A stretch of 64,000 nt of DNA from Paragordius varius (lineage: Eukaryota; Animalia; Nematomorpha). This document shows, in pieces, positions 39,081 to 52,348 of this stretch (positions within the stretch are counted from its first letter, which is position 1; every line of letters begins with the position of its first letter). The position numbers and the translations under genes were made by a program. The DNA is taken from the NCBI GenBank assembly GCA_964247055.1, contig OZ176057.1, forward strand, positions 4,650,001 to 4,714,000, written 5' to 3'. The notes below the pieces were generated by a model that saw nothing but the letters and a program-made list of their open reading frames with translations, did no database searches and was not told the origin of the DNA.

Positions 39081-40402
39081 AATGATCAAATAATTCTGAT
39101 TTCGACGAACAAAACTTATATTTTTCGTATTGTCAGTTAAACAAAGTGGGGTCTGTAATAATAAACCTGCTATTATACCGGTAATAACTTATGACTATGC
39201 CTTAGCTTTAAAATTGATATTTAACTTAGGGAAGGTAGGAAATTTATTATTCAATTATGTATCACAGATTATTTTATGTTAATTCCCAAAATAAATTTAA
39301 CAAATAATATCTGCCTTGCCTTATTTAAATTTTAATTGAGTTAAATATACCAAATGTCAATTAAAAATAAATTTTTTAAGTAATAACTCATTTGAAAAAA
39401 GAGTGTTAAAAGAAACCCAAATTCAATTAAAAAGAGCGATTTAAAAATCGATAATCAAAAATTTGATGTTAAAAATCAAAACCCTTTATATTTTTTTTAA
39501 CCATCAACTTATGAGAGTGGTTTAGCGAATTAAATATACGATGGCTAAGTAAGTTGATAATTTTATAATACATAATTTAATTTTTGCATATGCTTTGGAA
39601 TGCATATTTTTGAATTTGACTATAATTATATTATATTAATATTTATTCCTATAAAATTAGAAAAAATAAAAGGTATTTTTAGGGCTATATTTAAAGTTTT
39701 AACCTATATGGAAAAATCAGTTTTAGATTATATAAGGCAAAAAAATTAAAAAAATCAGCGGTTTGTCATATATTAATTTTTGCCTTTTATTTGTCTTTTT
39801 TGCCCTAGACGCCTTTTCTCTGGCTAAATGCCCACAATTCACTTAGCTAAAAATTAGGTGTCCCAAAACAAAAAGTTTTATATAATTATGTCAGCATTGA
39901 GTGATTATCTTAAAAGAATAAAAGGCGAAAAATTAAAGGAATGAAGAAATTGATACATCTCCGCACCTATTTTTAAAAAAAATCTAATTTTAGAATCAAT
40001 GCATCATACCTATTAATTTAAAGGTATATGAACAACCAGGCTAATAAACAATATTTTTTGTTAATATTTTGTTGTCATTTTTCTGAAAAAATCAAAAATA
40101 GCAAACTATTAAAGTTTTTTGATTTTAGCTTTTCAAATCAATGTTATCCCAAACATAAAAAATTATTAACTCTAAAATTGTCATAATTTTAAAATTATTT
40201 TTAACTCTTCATATGACATCCAGCTAAATATTGGTCATCATTTTGAAAATGAAGTGTTGTTTAACTATTTTTCATCTTTCTATTATATATATTTATCATA
40301 GTAGATAATTGAATTGAGGCGGAACACACACAAACATAAAATTTTAGCTTGCTACAATTATTTCTTTTTTGTATAAAATATTTATTTAAAATTATTAATT
40401 AG

Positions 40403-41772
40403 GTTTAGTGGATGGTAAAATCTTTGATACCAAAACTATTATGCCATTGGCAAAAGACGACACTGAAACAAGAAATGATGATCTTAATATGAAAAATTTA
40501 TTATCATCAACTATCAGTTATTCAAATATAACTTCAACGTTGGACAGTAATGATAAAAATTATTTAAATGACCATGTAATCGTTTCAACTGACGAATCAA
40601 GCATTATAATGGATTATAAAAATATATATAATAATGAAAACAGTACTAACATGAATATAAATGATGAGAGCCCTAATCCAAAGGAAAAAAATATGGGCAA
40701 ATCTATTAACCGTAAAAAAATGCAAAAAAGGAAAAAAATAGCGACAAAAAAGAACAAAAAACAAATGGCGGCTTTGAGAAAGACAAAAAAATTTGCTATG
40801 TTATCAGAAGATGTATCAGATCCATCTTATATCGATGTAATTGAAAATCAGACACCTATGCAAGTGACAGGAGAAACCATGTTTGAAATACATCATATTA
40901 GTAATGGTGATATAGTCCCCGATAATGGTTTACCAAATAATTTTCTCAATGATCCAAAAGACTTGGAGTCGGAACCTAGACATCATGGCCACAAGGGCGA
41001 TAAAATGCTTAATAATACACTATTACCGGTCCCAGAAAAAAATAATGATATTAAACTAAACAATGTTACCGATGTCAAAGTAATTAATGATAGTAATATC
41101 TTATCTAATGAAAATATCTCTACAAATCTATTAGACAACATAAACGGGAATGTTAAGCCAACAATAAATAAGCCAAGCAATGTCGGAAATATCGACGGGA
41201 CGATAATTAGCAAATTAAGCCCTTTGCAATACACGGATTATAACAATTCAGCCGTAATCGATCTTTCAAACCCCAATAATTTTAAAAATCGATCTGAGGA
41301 AGTAATTTTAAATCCGAATTTCTTTAATACCAATTTCACTACCTTAGTGCCAAAAACTAACAACGACTCTTACATTGTAAATGACATAACATTTGTCAAA
41401 AAAGATATAACAGAGAAAGATTTGCTAACAAATAATATGACAACAATGTTAAATCGGATAGTATCGCAACAAAATTCCTCCCCATCAACCACAGAGAACT
41501 ACTTGATTAAGTTAAATTCAACCGAAGGCACAGTCCTTACCACATATAATATTAAGAGTATTGGCAAAATGGCTAATACAAGCAATTCAAAGGAAGGAGT
41601 TTCCATGTCAAAGAATGGGGTTATTGAAAATTTAATTTCGAACCTATTAAGTTGTCTGAAGATATTAGGCATATCCGAAGGGGAAACCAAGTCCATTAAC
41701 GTGACAAATAGAGGAATTGGAAATTTTACACTGTCATGCCCGAATGTTACTGAAACCCAAGTTCATTTATAA
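40403..41772 (+). CDS. Orphan secreted Asn/Ser/Thr-rich protein, exon 2
   Basis: 454-codon open frame bounded upstream by an in-frame TAA at 40396. Acceptor ATTAG|GT at 40402/40403 matches the phase-1 exon 1. Joined product is 490 aa with many N-x-S/T sequons, a Lys-rich block and 2 C-terminal Cys; no recognised domain. Confidence 0.75.
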
Positions 41773-41981
41773 TGTTAAATTCACAAGTTTATTATATAAT
41801 ATTTTAACACAACGAGTATATTTTATCATTTATAAATATGATATGGAACAATGTTTGTTTAATTATTAGTTAAAAACAATTATTAAAATATTCAATGTTA
41901 ATATAAAATATATTTTTAAAGTATGTAAACAAAATTTTTAGTTTTTTAGTGTAAGTTTAACATATTAATATATACTATTTA

Positions 41982-42231
41982 CAATTCAAATTCACCCTTG
42001 AACAATTCACCTAAAAATAAATTATGAAATATCGGTCCAATATAACTTATCATTAAAATATATATTTTTATGGCAAATTTCAGTATAGAATTATTTAGAT
42101 TACATACAAATTTCTTTATTTAATGAAAAATATAGATAATATTTAATCTTAGAAACACAAAATTTATTTTAGGGTGAATTTAAATTGTGTTCGAGGGTGA
42201 ATTTAAATTGTTTAAGGGTGAATTTGAACTG
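41982..42231. mobile_element. TA-flanked MITE with repeated GGGTGAATT motifs
   Basis: TIRs CAATTCAAATTCACCCT / AGGGTGAATTTGAACTG flanked by TA; an extra right end near 42460..42490. Confidence 0.7.
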
Positions 42232-44930
42232 TAAATGGTATAGTTAAATAGCTTAGACAAAATACCATTAATATATTAGTGGAAAGATGTTTATATTTAA
42301 AATAGTGATTATAAATAATTTGCATGAAACACTTATTCACCAATACACAGTCACATATAGCACATAAATAAAACACCGTTAAAAAGCTTCTAAATTAAAA
42401 ATACCAAACTAATAAAATTGGAAATATTCCATGTAAAATTTAATTAAATTATGTTTAATTTAAATTGTTTAAGGGTGAATTTGAACTGTATAATGGTACT
42501 AGTAACCAGATGCTTACGCATTCATTTATTTTTTGTTGTTTAAGCCAAATAAAAAAAACACATAATCTAAGATGGATCCTTTTAATTTAGCTTTGCCAAA
42601 AAAATTATTTTCCACAATACGCACCCTGTATTTTTTTTATTGGGTTAGAGGCGAAGTAAGCAAACCTTCAAGGCTCAAAACTAAAAGCATTATGTGAGGC
42701 CTAATAATTTTTTAAAATATATTTAATAACTTGATTGTTTTGGATTCACTATTTCTAAATTTACGAGTGCGTGGCATGGTCTATGCCACGAGTATTTAAC
42801 ACGTGGCCCGTGAAAAATTTTCAAATATATAATTTGTAAAAATATGCTTAAAAATCTTGGAAAAATCGATTTATCTCAAAAGGTTTTTTATTTAAGTCTA
42901 CCTAATTGGCGAAAACCAAAAAAAATGTTAGATTGTGTATAATTTTTTAGTCCTATGTTTTAAACCAAATAAATAATTAATGAATGCCCATATTTATTTC
43001 AAATGAGGTGGGCCAGATTTTCTAAGCCAAAAATGAGGCCCGTGATTGCATTTTATTGGACATTCCTGGTCTAAGCGCTCCTTAACACTTCATTACATTT
43101 TCATATCTTTGTATAGGATCACATTTTGACGTAGTTTTGAACTCCAGAGTTTAAAGTAGTTTACAAACTACTGTTTGGATGTTTTTTGGTTTAAATTTAA
43201 TTATCAAGCCCTCTTCACATAAAATCTTGGAATTCTAAAAAATGGATCTTCCATGAATATCAAATAGCCGAAAATTTCAATTAGTATTTTTTAACCATGA
43301 AAATACATTGTTTACCTGTTGTTTTCTCGATTTAAATATAAAATTGAGATAACGGCTAAAAAGTTGGAGATAAGATTATTTAACAATTTTACATTTTTTT
43401 AAAAAAAATTTATCATGCGTAAAAGGCCAAATTCGTCCAATGCTAAATTGAAACTTTAATTTTTGCTCTGAGGTTTACCTCAAATGGTTACGAAGTGATA
43501 AAATAATTAGGCCTACGCGTTTCCTGGTATATTGCATTGAAGATCCAAAAATAATGAGACATTTACAAATATTGAATTTAGGAAAAATCACATGTTAGCA
43601 TATGATTTATAATGTTATATATATAACTTGAGATAATATTCCTACTGTTGCTAAATAAAGATATAAAAGAGTGTTACTTACCAAAAAAAAGTTGAAAATA
43701 AAAGTTATCTATAACGCCGAAAAAAATATAGGTGTGTGATGACACATTTCCAGATATTTATGCTCAAAATAATGAGCTTAAAAAAATTAATAAATAAATT
43801 CAAGGTGGTAAAAAAGCGCTCTAATTGCCGCTAGTGAGTGGCCCGCAGTTTACCGTTTTAATCGAACATTCGAGCAAACTATTATCTCATGAAATTGTCT
43901 ATAATTAATTGATTTTAATTTTTTTCTAGGTGTTGTTACATTACAATACAAAAACATTGGGGTAATTGACTTCCTAGAAAAACTTTAAATTGATACAAAC
44001 TACTAAAGCGTGTATTTATGCCCCCAATTTAATAAAGAACATAACCAAGCCAAAGTAATTTTTATTTGAAAACATATTTAATACTGCTCCAGTTTTATCC
44101 AAAAAATTGTAAAAAATTTGTGCTTTTAGTTCGCAAAATTCAAAAATAAATTTCTATAAATATAAAAAAAAATATCGATAGAAAAAATGATTTAATTTGC
44201 ATCATTTTTAAATTTAGTTATGCAACTCATCAAATTTTTGCCTTTAGACTTATTTATAATGTGATAAATGGAATAAAATATCTAGCATTCTTTTCCATAT
44301 TTTCGTGCATCAATGTTAGATAATCGCAATTTTAAATAAAATGCCTTTGTTGCGCTAATTTTAACATTAATGTGCTAATGGTTGATAGACTGATTATTTA
44401 ATCAAATTTTTAAAAAATCCATAAAACAAGAATAAATTATTGATAAGGTTTTGCATTAAATAAATATAAAGACAAAATTTATTAAAATCACACCGTTTTC
44501 TTTTCATTTGTAGCAAAATAGCACCTAAAAAATAGTGCGCAAAAAAATGTTTGATAAATTAAATTCTTATTTAAAGAGTGAGTCTACATGCTTTACAGTT
44601 TATACAGTCAAATTAATATAATAGGAATTCCTTTGATACAAATTATTAATGACACTATTTTAGAAACAATGAATATATTAATCACATCAATGTCTCGTGT
44701 GCGTTTTATCAAAGGATTAAAATTTGTTGTGTAATTTGTATGATTATATCAAAAATTTAATCAACTTACCTAAAACAAAATATTATATTTATTTAAAAAA
44801 TTAAAAGGAAATAATTTAAACCTTTTTAACATTCCATTACATTTTGGGGGTATATCCCAGAGCGATTTTAAATACTAATATCTAAAAAAGTAATAAGTCT
44901 TAAAAATATGCTTTATTTAATCTTTTAGGC

Positions 44931-46596
44931 CAGGGCTTTTTAAACTATGGGTCGCGACCCCATTTGGGGTCGCGTAGCAAAATTATGGGGTTGAGAGTGA
45001 GGAAAATACAATTTAACAAAAAATTTTTTTAAATTGTAAAATTTTGTTATAAATAAAACAATCACAGATAAATATATCATAAATCTTCTGGTTCGGAAAG
45101 ACTGTTTATACCAGTATTTCTATTCCGATCATTATAATCTATATATTTATAAAAATGGAAAATGCTGGCTATGTGATCTGTTTCCGGAAAACCGGTATAC
45201 CTATGCAAATCCAAATGTCAAAAAATTTAATCATTAATGAATGCCCCGACAATAGCTTCGCCTTTTTTTTGAATTAGGCCCCCATCGCCCCCCCCTCCCC
45301 GTGTAACAAACGGTTTTTTTAAATCGTCCAAAAAAATCGTGTCTTTAATAAAATTTTCCAGAAAACGTGTGGGACCATTCGATTTCAAATATGATTTTTT
45401 TTACTTTTTTCGATTGCGCCGAACATAGTCGGCTTACTTTTTTAATTTAGGCTCTCTTTTTACCAGCTTCCCCCGTAAAATGCCATTTTTTTCATAAAAA
45501 ATAATTTTTTGCCCAGGGTATGAGACCGTTAAAATTCAATGATTCCAGGTATTCCCTGTTAAAAAGCAAAAATTTTTGTTTTGCTTTTTATTAATATTGG
45601 CTGCTGGGTAAACGATGGCCGATAAAACTGCGCCACTATTTAGAAATTGCGTTGTTTTGGAGCTAATTTACAGAAAATTTATGAAGCCATATGAGCTCAT
45701 TAAAATTTTGAAATAGTCGGGCTTTTTTTTATTAGCCGTTAATTTGGGCCTTTATGCCCTAAAGATACGCCATCATATAACGATTATTTAGTGTTGAGGT
45801 ATTTTTTCGAATGACCCATAAGACGATGGTATCAAAGATTATTCCAAATATTTGCCCTATAAAGGCAAAAAATTTAACTCAGCGCTTTTCCCATATAGGT
45901 CTATGGGTAAGAGTCTAGTTTAAAACTGCCATAGAAAATAGGCGTAGTTTTGGAGCTAATTTTCAAAAAACATAAGAAGCAATACGAGTTCAGTTAAACA
46001 CATTTCTGGGGAATTTGTATAATATCATTTTTTCCTTTAAAAAGGGACCACAAATGATTTACTTTTCATATCGCTTGATCCCAGCTGTATGAACCTATTC
46101 AAAATAAAACTTTAAACATGATTTTGTAAAATGAAAATCTTAAAATAAATCCAATGATAGTTGAATATTAACTTTAATAAGAGACAATTAAAATATTGTT
46201 CATTTCGAGTAAACATATTTGAGCCCGTGCAAAAACCCGTAAAAGAATAATTAAAGACATTCTTTTAAATTAATATGTTTTTAATTATTTTTTTATCTCC
46301 ATCAACTCTATATATTGCTATTAAGAATAATTATCGGAGACTAAATCACAGCGAAGCGGGACAGGGACAGCTAGTATCTTGTATAAATTTATTATGAATC
46401 AGAAAATGATGTAGAAATTTATAAAAAATGTAGATTCATTTTTGTCGATCTCTTAAAACCGAAATAATCCTGATAAATAGTATCAACAAAATTAAGTATT
46501 ATTTCGAAGAAACTATTATTTTTCTTTTATATTTGTTGGGGTCGTTAAGCGCAATTATAAATGGGGTCGGGAACTACAAAAGTTTAAGAAGCCCTG
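44931..46596. mobile_element. hAT (Buster-type) MITE carrying a nested Helitron
   Basis: TIRs CAGGGCTTTTTAAACT / AGTTTAAGAAGCCCTG, perfect 8-bp TSD TTTTAGGC, GGGGTCG subterminal repeats. Confidence 0.9.
45138..46374 (+). mobile_element. Non-autonomous Helitron, nested in the hAT MITE
   Basis: A|TCTATATATTTATAAAAATG 5' end and GCGAAGCGGGACAGGGACAGCTAG|T 3' end; A/T target, no TSD. Confidence 0.75.
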
Positions 46597-46721
46597 TTTT
46601 AGGCGCATTATGCAAAAAAATTTTCTTAAAACTGTAAAATTATAAAAATAATCCTCATCTTAAACTTTTTGGGGGCCATTTTTTTCTATAATTTTTTTAA
46701 ATCGCTAATGTAAAAGGCTAA

Positions 46722-47236
46722 TCTATATATTTAGAAAAATGGAAAGTGGTGGCTTTGTGATCTGTTTCCAGAAAACCGGTAGACCCATTCGAATCCAAAC
46801 AACGAAAAAATATAATTAATGAAGGCCCCGGCATTTGCTTCGCCTTTATTTGAAATAGGCCCCCAGTACGGGCCCAATTCGTGTGAAAAACGGGTTTTGT
46901 TTCAAAACAGAAGTCCACAAAAATTGTGTATTTGAGACAATTTTCCGGAGAACGTGTTGGACCATTAAATTTTAAATATGATTTTTGTTTAACAATTTTG
47001 AGTTGCGCCGAACATAGTCGTCTCGCTATTTTAATTTAGGCCTTTTTTTACCCGCTCTATGCCATTTTTTTCAAAAAAAAAACAAAATCCACAAAAATAA
47101 TTTTTTGAATCTATTTTTGCACCGTTTTATTCCTATAAAATCATAGCTATTACATAATGTTTCGAAACCCCCCCCCCCCTTTTCAGAAGTCCGAATGACT
47201 TCCTCGGGCTGCGTAGCAGCACGAGATTTACGCTAG
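46722..47236 (+). mobile_element. Non-autonomous Helitron
   Basis: A|TCTATATATTTAG 5' end homologous to the 45138 element. 3' hairpin CTCGGGCTGC-GTA-GCAGCACGAG followed by CTAG|T. Confidence 0.8.
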
Positions 47237-47771
47237 TAAATGTATATAATGGTTAGAAAATGTTAATAATTCACTTTAAAAAGCTTTCATCGGTATTAAC
47301 TATGTGGATAAAACCTGAATGAATTCAAAATATCAAGCGATACAAATTGTCAATAATAATCCCATAGCATTAAATTTATATTTGTAAATCCAGTTTTTAG
47401 GGCGATTCTTTTAACATACGTATAGAGTTTTATTTTGTGTAAGGTCACAACTTGTATACCATTTCCCAGTCTAAAAAAACATTTTCCGAGAAAAATCTTA
47501 TATAATATATATGAAAAAAAAACGATTATTGATTGGGAAAAAGTTTTTAGCTTAATTAATTTAAGAATATTAAAAAATTATTATTAAAAATGGTATTTAA
47601 ATAAAAACACCGAATATTGTAATTTTACACTAAAAATATATATAACAATGTGTGAACTAACCTAAAGGATCTGATAAAATTTGCCTATTGTAGAACTTAA
47701 AAACATCGACCTTGGTTATGGTTATATGAGTTAAATAAAAAAATATTATGGATTGCCTTTAAGCGTACTGA

Positions 47772-48892
47772 TAATGTACCAGATAGGCTGTTTTTCGCAG
47801 TACAGTACGGAATTTACAGAAAAAAACTGAGACTGTACTGGGCCCACTTTTGTACTGCTTTTTAAATTAAAAAAAAATAATTTTTTATAAATATATATTA
47901 ATTACCTTTTATTTATTCAAAGAAATATTTTAGAATTCGATATAGTACCTTCTGTAAAAATAAGCCCATTTGTAAAGAAATGCTTCATTTTGCGGTAAAA
48001 AACTAGGATTGGCCTATTTTTAATTGGTTAATATTTTATTTTCTGCTCGAATCACACATAAAATTTAATTTTGTCGGTCTAACGGCTTATGATTCAGCCT
48101 TTCGCGCAGTGGCGATATAAATTTCGGACTCCACCGTAAGATTCAGTCTAATGGCTCTTTCACTCAGGGCTTCCGCAAAAGAAATGCCTTAAAATTAACA
48201 AAATTAATTTATATTATAATATATGTGTCAAGAAAGTTTATTTTTGTTATAATTATCAAACGAATATTATATTATTTCCCGTAACATATATTTTAAAATT
48301 TATTATATATGGCATATGATTTCGAAATAACCTTTTTTTGTATTTAAAAATTAGGGGTTTTTACGTTAATGGTCAAATTAAATATCGATGTTGCAAAAAA
48401 AGTCAACGCACAAATAACGCAGAAGATAAAATAAGAACATTAATTCACTGATATATCGAAATTAGGGGCGGCAAGATTCATACTAGCTTAATACCCCAAA
48501 CGCCCAAACTATATTAATCACATAATTGTCAACAAAAATAGAATAATTATTTTTCGTATTTATGATGTTATCCAGCTGCCAAACTAATAACGCAAAAGGT
48601 AAAATAAGTAAACATGAATGCAACTTTAATTTTTTTAGTTTTTTAACTTTTTTGCATAAACGACTTTGAAATGTTTGTTGAAGGTACTCGCTTTGATATA
48701 ATCAAACCCTTTTTCTATCATTCGATGGTGAACATTACTATAGGTTCAAAATTTTAATTTAAAGGTTTGTTTGCTTGCAAATTTCCGTGAATTTTGTAAA
48801 AAAACACAATTTTTTATTTAACACAAATTTGAAAACGAACAATAACAATATTTCAAAAATTCTGATTGAGAAAAATTCATACATTATTATCG

Positions 48893-48933
<41 letters not shown>

Positions 48934-49540
48934 CATCTCAACTATTTAATCGTTTCCATCATGCTCAAAGTATGAAGTATGCTTCAACATTTTTCTAATT
49001 ATTGAAAGTTGCATTAAATATATTTAGTTGATATCAAAATTTGGCATTATTTAAAATAATTGCCCGATGTCGGAACACGTTTAATTTAAGAGAACAGTCA
49101 AAATTTGGGACTTTCAGAGCTCACATCTAACAATTTAAATTTTTTAAAAATTGTTTTAGCTTTTTACATGTAGTTTATGTTATATTTTAGTGATATTTTT
49201 TAAAATAAAGCATATAGTTATCACCACAAAATAAATTTGAAAATATTGCGCTTTTGCAATTTTATACGGAGCACTTACCACAAAAGTTTAAATAACTTTC
49301 TTAATAATTCGTAAAGGTTAAACCAAAAACACCATAATAATTCTGATATTTATCGATCATAATATATATTTATATATATATATATATATATATATAAATC
49401 ACAGGACATTTTTAAATGTGTAATATACCACACCGATGGTGTAAAAACAGGCATAGTATGTTTTAATTTTGTACTGTGTCAAAATTTAAAATATCTGGTC
49501 ATATTAGCGTACTACTAATGTTTTTGTTTTATTTGCATTT
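47772..49540 (-). repeat. Dispersed ~1.7-kb repeat, inverted homolog of ~3480..6025
   Basis: Colinear reverse-complement blocks (CAGCCTATCTGG; AACCAATTAAAAATAGGCCAATC; TGACCAGATATTTT; GCCTGTTTTTA). Lacks the solo LTR and hAT MITE present in the left copy. Confidence 0.75.
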
Positions 49541-52348
49541 GCAAGTAGATTTAAAATTTAACTAAATTTCCAGACGTATCGAAAGCTGTAAAAATTGAAA
49601 TGAATATTTCAAATAAAATGTTTATTTTTGAATTTAAACAAAGTTTAAATTAATTAATAACTTTATTTATACCTTTAATAATCTAAAATATTAAATTCAT
49701 GGAATAATTTCCCCACAACTCAGGTAAAAAACAGCAAATGCAACGAAATTAACTTTGAAATTCTCAGTTTAAAGGTTATTTAATATATATTAGCTTCCAA
49801 ATACACCATAAATGTGCTTGTTATTATTTGGTACTGCCTGGGTATAGATCATACGAATAACAAACTCGTAACCCTCATAACTCAAAGCGCCATATTACAT
49901 ATCGATACTAAACATGTAAAAAAAATTAGTATTTTAAAAATATATTACACTAATTTTCAATCGTTAAATAGACGGAATTCCAAACCTTTAAAACTATTAT
50001 AAAACATCTATATGTTATAGAAAACATACAAATCGTAAAGCATAGCTTTCTAGAAGTGGGATTTTCAAATTTATTTAAACTCTATGAAGTAGTTTTTGAT
50101 TCGACTCAATTAAAGGCTCATATTCGCAGCCCATTTTATTGGTAAATCCATATAGTAGTATATATTATAATCTTGCATAAAATCTTATAAAAACTGCTTC
50201 CGCAATTGAATGGTAATATCTTGATGGAATCTATATATTCTGAGAAAATGATTATTATGTTGCTTTTGGTTTTGGCCCTTACGAGCATAAGAATGTTACA
50301 ATAACGCAATCCAAATCAGAAAATGGCAATATTTTTTCCATAAAAACTACTTTTAAATAATTCTAATTTTGCTTTGGAGTCCCAAATTTCCCTCCTTTAA
50401 AACGGGCTAGTTCTCTTAAAATGAATGCAAAAACACCGTTTCGCTATAAAAACTTTAAATATGTGTTGAATTTTTTAAAAAATGTTGTTCCTAAAATTTT
50501 TTAAAAATCATTGAAGCGTTTGGAAACAATAAACGCTTTAAGATATAAAAAAAATTTCCTATATAAATCGATGATGTAGAACACCTTTATCGCTTCACAG
50601 TTTCAAATAAAGGTATTTGCTTTCAAATCGTATATTCTTGTAAAAAAACACAATTTATATTTGACATACTTTTGAAAACAACGAATATTTAAATCAAAAT
50701 TTTGAGGTGATAGAAATGGTCAGCAACATCCATTACATATATAGATTAAGGGTTTTTAGACCATCATGCCTTAAAATAAAATGAAGAAGGCTTTAACAAT
50801 TATTTGCTAAAATATAAAGTATTTTTAGTGATACCAACATATTAAAATTTTTACCTCTATCTCATTTTTGTTTTTATCTTCAGAGTACTAGCTCATTTTA
50901 GAAAGGCAAAAAAATTTTGTGCTTTTGACTACAAATATTGCTGCCTTATGTACATATAAGTAATATTTTGTGGTATTAAGCATTTAACTTTCAGCTTAAA
51001 AAATGTGTACAAATTTGGTAATTTTCTAGTTTGGAGCAGTTATAGTTGTCTTTAATCACTCATAAGGGCCGAAACTTAAAGCACCATGATAATCTAGATA
51101 AATACTTTCTCCTATCAGAAAATTCGGAATATTTTTTAAGTGGAGACTGTGTAATAAGCAAACATATATAATTTATTTAACAATTTTCCCAAAATGTACC
51201 AAAATTAATAATTTATTGATTTAAATTAAAAAATCATTTTTGTAAATAAAGTTATTTTTAGGTAGTAGTTGAATCCACTGGGCATTCTTTAACAATTATT
51301 TGAAATGCGTGGCGTGCTCCTTTATATTTCCCATGTGTCCATTCGATAACGTCCAAATATGAATTTTTTACTACGATTGGCTCCTGAGGATTTTGAAATT
51401 TTTTCCTCACAATAATAGCTTCAGGGAGTTGGCGAAGCTCTGTCTAAAATATATAAAACATTTGACGTCAAGTAGGAATCATAATTTAGTACGTAATTTG
51501 ATGGTTGGTTATATTACATGAAAGTTGGACAATTTTAAACACAGTAGTGTATCAAAAAACAACAAAATATTCAATAAAATAAACAATAATAAAGGAAAAA
51601 ATTGTTTATTCAACATTTTGTTTTTTTTCATACATTACTGTGTATCGAATCGCCCAACTATAGTGTGAAATAAGCAACCATTAAAATGCATCAAAGAATA
51701 TATACCACGCTATAAAGTGTTTTAGGCTCCATACATTTATTGTGAAGTTGCGAATCCTCATAAGATAATACGCATACTTTGTAGGGGATATCTTTTTTCA
51801 GGACTTTGAGACGTAAATATACCTACAACAGTTTGAATATATTTGGGGAGTGGGCTAAATTTATCTCAATAAGGTAAATATAAATTTGCTTAAAATAGAT
51901 TTGAAATGTTGGCAACACCTAAATAGCCAACTATGTAATGAGGCTGAAATAAACATGGTTTTTGATTGATTTAACATTGTTATGGCACAAAGAAAGAGTT
52001 GGAATGAAACATAGAATATAGACGGAGGGGTTAACGACATTATAATTTGCATGGCAGATTTTTTGTATGCAGCAAAAACGGTGGAGGCCACAGCTCAAAT
52101 TATAAATAACACAACGCCAAAATTTTTTTGAAACATTGATTTAGTAAACTAAATTGAAAACTTTACCAAAAACAATTTATAATATCTAATAAATATGTTG
52201 TTTTGTTATAACGCAGTGTTACAATAGTTTCAAAAAAGAGTATGTTAACACATTTGATAGCTAACTGCCTCAGAATAATAAATATCGAATAGGGTAAAAA
52301 GTTATTTTAATTTTTCTTACCCATCTATCTTTCTCGGAAGTTGGTTAA

